From: Dehalococcoidia bacterium | Lineage (GTDB): Bacteria > Chloroflexota > Dehalococcoidia > SHYB01 | Length of the DNA stretch: 64,000 nucleotides | Assembly (NCBI GenBank): GCA_965219875.1 | Contig: CBDCOW010000003.1 | Span: 1,276,479-1,340,478, forward strand | Direction: 5' to 3' | Shown here: positions 19,869 through 28,536 of the stretch, in pieces | How the letters are laid out: every line of letters begins with the position of its first letter | How positions within the stretch are numbered: position 1 is the first letter of the stretch | Translations under genes and position numbers: made by a program | Notes under the pieces: model-generated | Database searches by the model: none | What the model was told of the DNA's origin: nothing | What the model saw: only the letters and a program-made list of their open reading frames with translations

Positions 19869-20369
19869 GTGGCGGCAAACGCCCCGCCGGCCGGGATCGC
19901 GGCGACGCTCGGGAAAGCCGAGCTCTTCGCGGGTCTCACCACGCCGCAGCTTCGCTCCATCGCGCCCCTCGCGAGGGGGGTCTCCTTCGAAAGTGGTGCC
20001 GTCGTCCTCCGCGAGGGCGACCCCGCCCGCTTCCTCTACGTCGTGGTCCGGGGGCGCATCGCTCTCGAAATGGCGCTCGAGGGGCCGCGAAAGCGCCGGC
20101 TCGACCCCGTCGTAGTCAGCGTCATGGGGAGCGGAGACGCCGTCGGCCTCTCCGCCTTGGCCCACCCCTACGTGCTGCGCCTCACCGCGACTGCCAAGGG
20201 CGCGTGCCAGGCCGTCGAAATCGACGCCGAGGCCCTCCGCGAGGCCATAGATTTGGACCACACCCTCGGCCTGCGGATCATGACGAACGCGGGCGCGCTG
20301 CTGTCGTCCCGCCTCACCATGACGCGCAAGGCGCTCATGCGCGAAGTCCACGCCCGCGCCGAGGGTTAG
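19869..20369 (+). CDS. cyclic nucleotide-binding domain protein
   Basis: GTG start 8 nt after the GYD stop. A cNMP-binding beta-roll is present (…VVLREGDPARFLYVVVRGRIALEM…). No HTH output domain is attached. Confidence 0.6.
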   Translation: MAANAPPAGIAATLGKAELFAGLTTPQLRSIAPLARGVSFESGAVVLREGDPARFLYVVVRGRIALEMALEGPRKRRLDPVVVSVMGSGDAVGLSALAHPYVLRLTATAKGACQAVEIDAEALREAIDLDHTLGLRIMTNAGALLSSRLTMTRKALMREVHARAEG

Positions 20370-20512
20370 GCGTGGGGGCTTACCTCTCATGGGTTAGCGG
20401 GCCAGAGGCCAGGTCCTCCTCTCGGCCTATTACGAGGAGCGACAAACGCTAATTGCGCGTAGTTTACGGCGCCGTGGTATAGTTGGGCCGGATGGTCCGT
20501 GAGGGCCAGCGT

Positions 20513-20541
20513 GGGAAGGGCAGGCCTAGCCTGCCCTTCCC
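20513..20541. terminator. perfect 13-bp-stem hairpin (GGGAAGGGCAGGC-CTAG-GCCTGCCCTTCCC), likely bidirectional terminator
   Basis: Inverted repeat seen directly in sequence between convergent genes 19869-20369 (+) and 20560-21336 (-). Confidence 0.5.
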
Positions 20542-20559
20542 ATTTCCGAGAGATCCCCT

Positions 20560-21336
20560 TCATTCAAGCAGGTACCTTCCATACTTGTTGACTTTGGATT
20601 CCAGCGCCTCATTGAGCCGATTCCCGAACGGTCCTGGTTTCCGGAACACCGGATTGCCTTTTTCGACTAGAGTCTTGAGCTTCTGCTCAGCGGCGGCGAT
20701 ATCCGCTATCTGAAGACCGGCAACATTATGGTCTTTCTTGCGGAAGAGCAGCCGTTCCTCAGGGAATGCAGTCCCGAACTCTTCGGCTGTGCATATCTTG
20801 GTTCCCCCAGCCCACATCTTCTCGTAGGCGGCCAGCACCTGACCATCCTCAACAGATCCTCTAGATTCCAGCATCACGTCGGCCGACGAACCTTGTAGCA
20901 CCAGGAAACCTCTAACCCGAGAAAGCAAGACGTCGAGCCCATAGGTGTATGGGTTCCACGGATTCACCGGGTACCGTTGAAGGTGAACCTGCTTATCGAT
21001 AACGACGGTGAATACCTGCATCCTAATGCCGCGCAGGAAGTCCAACAGGCTCTCCTCCCACTCCTGATTAACTCGCGGCTCGCGCAGCACGCCGAAGTGG
21101 GATTTCCTCTTGACAATGTGGCTCCGTACCAGAACCGGCGGAACATCGGGATCGTACCTGAAGAACTTGCGCTTCAGTAGTTCAAGCTGCGGTTGAACGG
21201 TATCAGCGTAGTGGGCCTTTGGGATGAGGACGCCGGTGATGCCGAGATACCGGCGCGACAAGTCCGCTACCCTCTTGTACGCATGGTCCCCCGACTCGTC
21301 TACGTACAGGCGGTACGCCATCCCCAAAGGTTGCAT
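20560..21336 (-). CDS. DUF3800 family protein
   Basis: The N-terminal LYVDESGD motif is the hallmark of DUF3800. The gene has lower GC than flanking DNA. The true start may be the second Met (21321). Confidence 0.65.
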   Translation of the reverse strand: MQPLGMAYRLYVDESGDHAYKRVADLSRRYLGITGVLIPKAHYADTVQPQLELLKRKFFRYDPDVPPVLVRSHIVKRKSHFGVLREPRVNQEWEESLLDFLRGIRMQVFTVVIDKQVHLQRYPVNPWNPYTYGLDVLLSRVRGFLVLQGSSADVMLESRGSVEDGQVLAAYEKMWAGGTKICTAEEFGTAFPEERLLFRKKDHNVAGLQIADIAAAEQKLKTLVEKGNPVFRKPGPFGNRLNEALESKVNKYGRYLLE

Positions 21337-21546
21337 AGTTCATCAGGCTAGCGGTGCTGTGGCGGCTTTCGCAAGCCCCCTTTGTCGTACTAGTGGCGAT
21401 ATTTCAACCCATATCCTGTAGTTAGCTTCTCACTTCATCTACTCGTCGCGGGCGGATGTGCGGCTGTCCACCCCCCTCACGTGGCGCCCCGCCGCGTTTC
21501 ACGCCATACTACGCGCGCGGCTTCGAGCCGCCGATGGAGGGACGCC

Positions 21547-23871
21547 ATGACGACGACCGCCGACCGGAGGGGCGCCGCCCCCGCCTACACCACTCGCGAC
21601 TACACCTCGAAGTACAAGGTGGTGGGCACGCGGCCCATCCGTCACGATGGGCTCGATAAGGTCACCGGACGGGCCAAGTACGGGGCCGACACGCTGCTCC
21701 CCGGGCTGCTGCACGCCAAGGTGCTGCGCAGCCCCCACGCCCACGCGCGGATTCTCTCCATCGACATCAGCAAGGCACTCGCGATGCCCGGCGTCCGGGC
21801 CGTGATGACCGCAGACGACCTGCCCATCATGCACAAGCGCGACCTCGGGTTCGCGAGGCTCCTCGGCGACCCCCGTATGAGCGCCGAGAGCGTGATCGCG
21901 AGCAAGAAGGTGCTCTACCAAGGGCACGCCGTCGCCGCCGTCGCCGCCATCAGCGCCCACGAGGCCGAGGAGGCGCTCGACAAGATCGAGGTCGAGTACG
22001 AAGTCCTGCCCGCGGTCTTCGACGTGCGCTCCGCGATGGCCGACGACGCCCCCATCGTCCACGAGACGCTGACGACGCGGTCGCTCCAGGCCCGCTTCAC
22101 GCCGGGGACCGACACCGGCGTCAACAGCAACGTCGCCAGCCACCTGCGTTTCGAGCGCGGCGACCTCGAGGCGGGATTCGCCGAGGCGGCGCAGGTCTTC
22201 GAGCGCGAGTACACCACCAGCGCGGTGCACCCGGGCTATATCGAGCCCCACGCCTCGACGGCGTACTGGGCTCCCGACGGCAAACTCACCGTTTGGACCA
22301 GCACGCAGGGCCACTTCATGATCCGCCCCACGTTGGCCGATGTGTTCGACCTCCCCGCCAACCACGTGAAGGTCATCCCCACGGAGATCGGGGGCGGCTT
22401 CGGCGCCAAGCTCAACCTCCACCTGGAGCCGATCTGCGCCGTCCTCTCGCGAAAGACGGGCCACCCGGTGAAGTCCGCGATGACGCGGAAGGACGTCTTC
22501 GCGGGCGCGGGGCCGACCTCGGGGACGTACATGAAGGCCAAGGTCGGCGTGGACGCCGACGGACGCATCACCGCGGCACGGCTGCACCTGGCGTTCGAGG
22601 CCGGGGCGCTCCCCGGCTCGCCGGTGGGCGGGGCCGCCTCGACGGCCCTCGCGCCCTACAAGATCGACACCATGCTCGTCGACGCCTACGACGTCATCGT
22701 CAACCGCCCCAAGGTCGAGGCGTACCGCGCGCCGGGTTCGGCCCAGGGTGCCTTCGCCATCGAGACCCTGATGGACGAGATCGCCGAGGCCCTGGGCGAA
22801 GACCCGCTCGACTTCCGGCTGAAGAACGCCGCCAAGGAGGGCGACCGCGCCCCCACCGGCGTCACCCTGCCCCGCGTGGGCTGCATCGAGGTCGAGGAGG
22901 CGATGAAGCGTCACCCGCACTACTCGGCGCCGCTCGGCGGGCCCAACCGCGGACGCGGCGTCGCCGTCGGCTTCTGGAGCAACGGCGGCGGCGACTCGTC
23001 GGCCACCCTGAGCGTGAACGACAACGGCACGGTGAGCATCATCACGGGGTCGGTGGACATTGGCGGGACGCGCCCCGCCGTCGCAATGCAGGCGGCGGAG
23101 GTGCTCGGCATCGCCGCCGAGGACATGGCCCCCACCGTCGGCGACACCGACAGCGTCGGCTTCACGAGCTGGACCGGCGGCAGCCGCACCGCCTTCGCCA
23201 CCGGCATCGCCGCCATCACCGCGGCGGAGAAGGTGCGGGACGAGATGGTCCGCCGCGCCGCGCTCCTCTGGGAGCTCCAACCGGAGGACGTCCGCTTCGA
23301 GGACGGCTTCTTCATCAACGGCAAAGACCCGAGCGAGCGGCTCAGCTTCAAGGAGATGGCCGCGCAACTGCCCAAGACGGGCGGCCGCGTCAGCGCCTCG
23401 GCCTCCACCAACGCCACCAAGGTCGGCCCCGCCTACTGCGGCCACATCGTGGACGTGGAGATCGACCCCGAGACGGGGAAGGTCCAAGTCCTCCGCTACA
23501 CCGTGGTGCAGGACGTCGGCCAAGCGGCGCACCCCAGCTACGTCGAAGGGCAAATGCAGGGCGGCGCGGCGCAGGGAATCGGCTGGGCGCTCACCGAAGA
23601 GTACGTCCTGGACGAGGGAGGCGGGATGCTGAACGCCAGCTTCCTCGACTACCGAATGCCAACCTCCTACGACCTGCCCATGATCGACACCGTGTTCGTC
23701 GAGGTCCCCAACCCCGGCCACCCCTTCGGGTTGCGGGGCGTGGGCGAGGTCCCCGTCGTGCCCCCGGCGGCGGCTATCGCCAACGCCGTCTACCAGGCGA
23801 CGGGCGTCCGCATGCGCCGGCTCCCCATGTCTCCCACGAACGTCCTCGAGGCCCTCCGCCCCGCGGAGTAA
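21547..23871 (+). CDS. xanthine dehydrogenase/aldehyde oxidase family molybdopterin-binding (large) subunit
   Basis: ATG at 21547 with a GGAGGGA RBS. 774 aa. The N-terminal Ald_Xan_dh_C hammerhead (KVVGTRPIRHDGLDKVTGRAKYGAD) and Mo-binding domains are present. Confidence 0.8.
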   Translation: MTTTADRRGAAPAYTTRDYTSKYKVVGTRPIRHDGLDKVTGRAKYGADTLLPGLLHAKVLRSPHAHARILSIDISKALAMPGVRAVMTADDLPIMHKRDLGFARLLGDPRMSAESVIASKKVLYQGHAVAAVAAISAHEAEEALDKIEVEYEVLPAVFDVRSAMADDAPIVHETLTTRSLQARFTPGTDTGVNSNVASHLRFERGDLEAGFAEAAQVFEREYTTSAVHPGYIEPHASTAYWAPDGKLTVWTSTQGHFMIRPTLADVFDLPANHVKVIPTEIGGGFGAKLNLHLEPICAVLSRKTGHPVKSAMTRKDVFAGAGPTSGTYMKAKVGVDADGRITAARLHLAFEAGALPGSPVGGAASTALAPYKIDTMLVDAYDVIVNRPKVEAYRAPGSAQGAFAIETLMDEIAEALGEDPLDFRLKNAAKEGDRAPTGVTLPRVGCIEVEEAMKRHPHYSAPLGGPNRGRGVAVGFWSNGGGDSSATLSVNDNGTVSIITGSVDIGGTRPAVAMQAAEVLGIAAEDMAPTVGDTDSVGFTSWTGGSRTAFATGIAAITAAEKVRDEMVRRAALLWELQPEDVRFEDGFFINGKDPSERLSFKEMAAQLPKTGGRVSASASTNATKVGPAYCGHIVDVEIDPETGKVQVLRYTVVQDVGQAAHPSYVEGQMQGGAAQGIGWALTEEYVLDEGGGMLNASFLDYRMPTSYDLPMIDTVFVEVPNPGHPFGLRGVGEVPVVPPAAAIANAVYQATGVRMRRLPMSPTNVLEALRPAE

Positions 23872-23882
23872 AAGAGCGGGCG

Positions 23883-24362
23883 ATGACGCCGGACACACCG
23901 TACATTACCGCTGAGGCCCGCGAGGGGATCGGGGCGGAGCGGGTCTACGTCAGCGACGCCGTGTCGCGCCGCCACATCCTGGAGTACATCGTGGGCGTGG
24001 GCGACGACGAGGCCTACGCCGCCGCCCAGGCCGCTAGCGACGAGGACCTCGTCGCCCCACCGATGTTCCATGCCGCCGCCACGCGGCCGGTCGTCCCCGA
24101 GTCCTCCTTGGCGGAGGACGGCCAGTACATCGGGTTCGCCGTAACGGGGATCGTGGGCAGGACGCTGGCGGGGTCGCAGGAGACCGAGATCTTCGCGCCG
24201 GTGCGCGTCGGCGACGTGATCACCGAGCGGGAGCGCGTCGCCGACATCGAGGAGAAGCACGGCCGCAGCGGCAAGCTAATCTTGGTGACGCTGGCGTCCG
24301 ACTACACCAACCAGCGCGGCGAGCTCATCGCCGGCGGCACGTCCGTCCTCATCTTCCGCTAG
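23883..24362 (+). CDS. hotdog-fold MaoC-like dehydratase (N-terminal-type single domain)
   Basis: 159 aa, translated in the frame of track ORF 22293-24362 from ATG 23883. Hotdog fold (…PPMFHAAAT…GFAVTGIVGR…). Confidence 0.55.
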   Translation: MTPDTPYITAEAREGIGAERVYVSDAVSRRHILEYIVGVGDDEAYAAAQAASDEDLVAPPMFHAAATRPVVPESSLAEDGQYIGFAVTGIVGRTLAGSQETEIFAPVRVGDVITERERVADIEEKHGRSGKLILVTLASDYTNQRGELIAGGTSVLIFR

Positions 24363-24368
24363 GCAGCG

Positions 24369-25457
24369 CTAGTCGAACGTCAGCACGGTGCGGGTGACCG
24401 CGCCGGTCTTCATGTCGTCGAAGGCGGCGTTGACGTCGTCGAGCGTCCGCTTCTTGGTCACCAGTTCGTCGAGCTTCAGGCGGCCCTGGCGGTAGAGGTC
24501 GAGGTAGGCCGGCATATCGAGGCGGAAGCGGTTCGACCCCATCCGGCTGCCGACGAGCCGCTTCTCCGTGATGAACGCCGCCGCGGGCAGGTCGAGGCGG
24601 GCGGTCATGGGGAAGAAGCCGATGAGCACGGCCGTCCCTCCCACGGGCCGGACGCACGCGAACGCCTGCTCCGCGGTGGTGGCGTTGCCGATGGCCTCGA
24701 AGGCGTAGTCGACACCCGCGCCGCCGGTGATCTCCTTGATCGCCTCGACGGGGTCGGTCTGCGAGGCGTCGACGGTGTGGGTCGCACCGAACTCCTTCGC
24801 CGTCGCCGTCTTGTACTCGTTGATGTCCACCGAGATGATCGTGCGCGCCCCCGCGATGTAGGCGCCCTGCGCCGCGGCGAGCCCCACGCCGCCCGCGCCG
24901 AAGACGGCCACGGTCGACCCGGCCTCGACTTTCACCGTGCGGAGCGCCGCGCCGAGCCCCGTCAGAATGCCGCAGCCGATCAGCGCCGCGGTCTCCAGCG
25001 ACAGGTCGTCGTCGACCTTCAGCAGGCCCCGCTCGGCGATGACCATACGCTCGGCGAAGCTGGCCACGTTGGTGAACTGCGCGACGGGCGCGCCGTCCTT
25101 GCTCAGCCGCGGAGGCTGGTCCGGCGCACGTTGCTGCCGGTTATCGCAGAGGTACGGATAGCCGCGCAGGCACGTCTCGCATTCGCCGCACCAGATCGAA
25201 GGGCAGACGATTACGTGGTCGCCCGGCTTCACGTAGGTCACGTCGGAGCCCACTTCCTCGACGATGCCGGCGGCCTCGTGCCCCAGCACCATCGGCCCGC
25301 GCATCCCTGGAATGAAGCCGTCGATGATATGCGCGTCGCTTCCGCAGACGCCGCTGGCGACGGTACGGACGATGGTCTCCTTCCCGATAGGGTCGTCGAT
25401 CTCGATATCCTCAATGCTGAGGGGAGCGTGGGCCTCGTGGAAGAGGGCTGCTTTCAT
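24369..25457 (-). CDS. zinc-dependent alcohol dehydrogenase (MDR family)
   Basis: GVCGSDAH Zn ligands, a structural Zn CxxC…C cluster (CGECETCLRGYPYLCDN), and GAGGVGLAAAQ NAD binding. Confidence 0.85.
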   Translation of the reverse strand: MKAALFHEAHAPLSIEDIEIDDPIGKETIVRTVASGVCGSDAHIIDGFIPGMRGPMVLGHEAAGIVEEVGSDVTYVKPGDHVIVCPSIWCGECETCLRGYPYLCDNRQQRAPDQPPRLSKDGAPVAQFTNVASFAERMVIAERGLLKVDDDLSLETAALIGCGILTGLGAALRTVKVEAGSTVAVFGAGGVGLAAAQGAYIAGARTIISVDINEYKTATAKEFGATHTVDASQTDPVEAIKEITGGAGVDYAFEAIGNATTAEQAFACVRPVGGTAVLIGFFPMTARLDLPAAAFITEKRLVGSRMGSNRFRLDMPAYLDLYRQGRLKLDELVTKKRTLDDVNAAFDDMKTGAVTRTVLTFD

Positions 25458-25496
25458 GTCGGTTTCTCCATTTCGCTGCTCGCGCGGGGCGCGGCG

Positions 25497-26249
25497 CTAG
25501 ACCATGTACACGCCGGCGTTGGCGTGCAGCGTTTGCCCTGCCAAGGCGTAGTTGGGACACGTCGCGGCGTAGACGATGACCTCGGCGACCTCCTCGGGAC
25601 GGAGCGGCCTGCCGAAGGGGAAGCCTCGCAGCTGTTGCTCGAACAGCTCCTCGGGTGGACCGTCTTCGCCGCCCATGTTGGTGCCGACTACGCCCGGCGC
25701 GACCGTCGTGGCCACGATGTTGTGGGGGGCGACCTCCCACGCCAGGACCTTGGTGAAGGCGATCACTCCCGCCTTGGTCGCGGAGTAGACCGCGGTCCCC
25801 TTCAGCGGCTGCAGGGCGCCGCCCGACGAGACGTTGATGATGCGTCCGCCTCCCACCCGTTTCATCGCGGGGATAACCGCCTGGCACATCATTATCAGCC
25901 CGCGCAGATTGATCCCGATGATGCGGTCCGCCCCCTCTTCCGTTATCGCCTCCACGCGCTCGCGGACCATGACTCCCGCCACGTTGGCCAGTACGTCGAT
26001 GCGCCCCAGCGACGCCTCGGCCTCCTGCATCAACGCCTCGGCGCCGGCCTTCTTCGACACGTCGGTCGAGATGAACACCGAGCGCCGGCCCGTCTCGGCT
26101 TGTATCGCTTCGACCGCCTCCCCGCCCCAGTCCTCACGGATGTCGGCGACGACGATGTCGAAGCCCTTGCGCGCGAGCCCCAGGGCGGTGGCTCGGCCCA
26201 TCCCCCAGGGGCGTGCCGCGCCCGTCACGATCGCGACTTGGTCTGTCAT
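25497..26249 (-). CDS. short-chain dehydrogenase/reductase (SDR)
   Basis: MTDQVAIVTGAARPWGMGRATA and YSATKAG motifs. Confidence 0.8.
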   Translation of the reverse strand: MTDQVAIVTGAARPWGMGRATALGLARKGFDIVVADIREDWGGEAVEAIQAETGRRSVFISTDVSKKAGAEALMQEAEASLGRIDVLANVAGVMVRERVEAITEEGADRIIGINLRGLIMMCQAVIPAMKRVGGGRIINVSSGGALQPLKGTAVYSATKAGVIAFTKVLAWEVAPHNIVATTVAPGVVGTNMGGEDGPPEELFEQQLRGFPFGRPLRPEEVAEVIVYAATCPNYALAGQTLHANAGVYMV

Positions 26250-26345
26250 ACAGTTGCCTCCCGGCGGCGCGAGAACGCGCCACCGGATAGTAGGAAGGCG
26301 AACGGCGCGGCGTCAAGGAAGCGGCATTCCACGCCTCCCCTCTCT

Positions 26346-26510
26346 GGAGACCTTTTCGTAACCGGGGTGACTGACCGCGAGGGTGGCGGGCTTCGATATC
26401 CCGTGGCGGTTGCGAGGGGCCCCTCATCTCAATCTTCTCCCGTGGGGAGAAGAGGCAAGACCTCCCGGCCCCACCCATGCTTGCCCGCAGGCGGGTTGCG
26501 CAAAGGTCTC
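26346..26510. mobile_element. MITE-like element, copy 1 (TIR GGAGACCTTTTCGTAACC / GGTTGCGCAAAGGTCTC)
   Basis: About 165 bp bounded by imperfect terminal inverted repeats. An internal hairpin CTTCTCCCGTGGGGAGAAG is present. Near-identical copies lie at 33672-33837 and 41945-42109, with a partial at 48697-48757. Confidence 0.6.
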
Positions 26511-26696
26511 TGTTGGGAGAGGGTAAGACGCCCCCCTCCGCCCCGCCCCTCCGACGCGCCCTTCCGGCGCGTGCCCTCTTTCAGTTTCCCCCAGAGGGGG
26601 AAAGGCTTAAGGTGGGCCCCCCAGAGGGGACGAGGCCGGAGGGGAGGCGGCGCGCGCCGGGGAAGGAGCGCGCCCTTTGGGGCGCCCGCGCGCCGG

Positions 26697-28511
26697 TTAG
26701 TCGAGGCCCGTGGGGAACGTGGGGGGGCCGGAGGCGTCGTCTTCCTTGCCCGCGAGGCGGTCTTTGAGATCGCGGAGGCCCTTGGACATCGAGCCCTGGA
26801 AGTGACTGACCTCGTTGGCGAGCGTCGCTTGGAAGTAGGTGCTGAAGGAGCCGATCTCGCGGAACTTCCGGAACCGCTTGCGCAGCATGCTGAAGCTGAA
26901 CCCTGTCTGCACGTCGAGGAGCGACTGTACCAGCATCCGTTCGAGTTGGCGCGCCGCCGCGTCGAAGTTCGTGTGCGCGCCGTCCTCCGGCTCCGGGACG
27001 ACAACGTCGACGATGCCGAAGGTCCGGCAGTCGTACGCGGTCAGCTTGAGGGCCTCGGCGACCTCCTCGACCTTGTCGGGGTCGCGGTAGAGGATCAGGG
27101 CGGCCGCCTCCGGGGTGATCGGGGTGAAGATCGCGTTCTCCAGCATCAGGATACGGTCGGCGACGCTCAGGGCGAGGGCGGCCTCGCTGCCCCCCTCGCC
27201 GATGATCACCGAGATGACGGGCGTCCTGAGGTCGGACATGCTGCTGATCGTTTCGCCGACGGCGGCGGCGATGCCCTGCTCCTCGGCCTCGATCGTCTGC
27301 AACACGCCGGGGGTGTCGATCAGGGTAATCACGGGGAGCTTGAAGCGCTCGGCCATGTGCAGCGCGCGCTGCGCCTTGCGGAGACCCGCCGGGGTCACGC
27401 GGGCGGCCCCGGCATCGTCATCGCCGTCACCGCCCCGGTCGTTGCCGATGACCATGACGGCCTCGCCGGCGAGATAGCCCATACCAATCATCATGCCTTG
27501 GTCGTCGGCGTTGACGCGGTCGCCATGCAGCTCGACGAAGTTGGAGGTGACCCGCTCGACGAAGTCGCGAGCCGTGGGGCGTTGCTCGTGCCGCGCCAGT
27601 TGCAGGCGCTCCCAGGCCGGCGCCTGCGGGGCCTCCTGGGCCTGGAGGCGAGCGCGGTTGGCGATGGTGAGGCGGAACTTCACGCTGAACAGGTCGAGCA
27701 AGAGCGCCAAGTGCTGCTTCAAGTTCTGCCGGTCGACGATGGTGTCGACGGCCCCGTGCCGCTGGTAGAACTCGGCGGTGTGATAGTCCTTGGGGAGGCG
27801 CTCCTTGCCGGAGGCCCGCTCAACGACCTTCTTGGGCACGAAGCCGACAAGGGCGCCGGGCTCGGCAATGATTACGTCGGCCATGCTGGCCGCCGAGGAG
27901 AAGAGGTAGCTCGACGCGGTGCTCGCCAGCACCGCGATGAAGGGGACAGGCTTCTTTCGCAGCCGCTTGAGCGTAGCCACGACCTTCGCCATCTGCATCA
28001 GCGAAAGCATGCCCTCGCGGATGCGCGGCGTTCCGCCGGATGCGACCAGGACGAAGGGAATGCGCTGCCGCAGCGCAGCCTCGGCGGCCTGGGCGATCTT
28101 CTCGCCGACGGCGCTGCCGATGCTCCCGCCCATGAAGCCGAAGTCGGTGACCGCCAGCACGGCCTGAATCCCGCCGATGTTGGCCGTGCCGGTCACCACG
28201 GCCTCGAGCAGGCCGGTGACGCTCTGCGCCTGGGAGAGCCGGTCGCGGTAGGAGAGGTGGTCGGAGAAGGAGAGCGGATCGAGCGGGACCAGCGATTGGT
28301 TCATCTCGCGGAAGGTCCCGGCGTCGGTCAGTAAGCTAATGCGCCGCAGGGCGGGGAGGTTGTAGTGGAACCGGCACTGAGGGCATACGCGGTAGCGCGT
28401 GTAGGCGGGTGCGCGCGCGACATCGGCCCCGCAATGCAGGCAGCGGTCGGTATCCTCCGCCGGCTCCTCGGCCAGCGCCTCCGCGGAGAGGATGTCGGTC
28501 TCTTCCGCCAT
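26697..28511 (-). CDS. accDA: acetyl-CoA carboxylase carboxyltransferase, fused beta-alpha subunits (AccD-AccA)
   Basis: ATG at 28511. An N-terminal Zn-ribbon (CLHCGAD…CPQCRFH) of AccD is followed by AccA-like carboxyltransferase domains. 604 aa. Confidence 0.8.
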   Translation of the reverse strand: MAEETDILSAEALAEEPAEDTDRCLHCGADVARAPAYTRYRVCPQCRFHYNLPALRRISLLTDAGTFREMNQSLVPLDPLSFSDHLSYRDRLSQAQSVTGLLEAVVTGTANIGGIQAVLAVTDFGFMGGSIGSAVGEKIAQAAEAALRQRIPFVLVASGGTPRIREGMLSLMQMAKVVATLKRLRKKPVPFIAVLASTASSYLFSSAASMADVIIAEPGALVGFVPKKVVERASGKERLPKDYHTAEFYQRHGAVDTIVDRQNLKQHLALLLDLFSVKFRLTIANRARLQAQEAPQAPAWERLQLARHEQRPTARDFVERVTSNFVELHGDRVNADDQGMMIGMGYLAGEAVMVIGNDRGGDGDDDAGAARVTPAGLRKAQRALHMAERFKLPVITLIDTPGVLQTIEAEEQGIAAAVGETISSMSDLRTPVISVIIGEGGSEAALALSVADRILMLENAIFTPITPEAAALILYRDPDKVEEVAEALKLTAYDCRTFGIVDVVVPEPEDGAHTNFDAAARQLERMLVQSLLDVQTGFSFSMLRKRFRKFREIGSFSTYFQATLANEVSHFQGSMSKGLRDLKDRLAGKEDDASGPPTFPTGLD

Positions 28512-28536
28512 TGCCCCGCCCCTTGTTGCCCGCCGG

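Noticed and set aside
18518-19960. 480-aa ORF treated as one gene
   Set aside because: Only the C-terminal 228 codons (isochorismatase family, ATG 19204 with RBS) are coding. The upstream part reads through REP tandem repeats (19309-19459).
21499-23898. 799-aa ORF on the minus strand
   Set aside because: It is antisense to the well-supported xanthine dehydrogenase large-subunit gene. The translation is Arg/Gly/Ala-rich with low complexity, typical of spurious antisense ORFs in high-GC DNA.
24777-28334. 1185-aa ORF on the plus strand
   Set aside because: It runs antisense across three well-supported minus-strand genes: Zn-ADH, SDR and accDA. It has no domain-like sequence and is a high-GC artefact.
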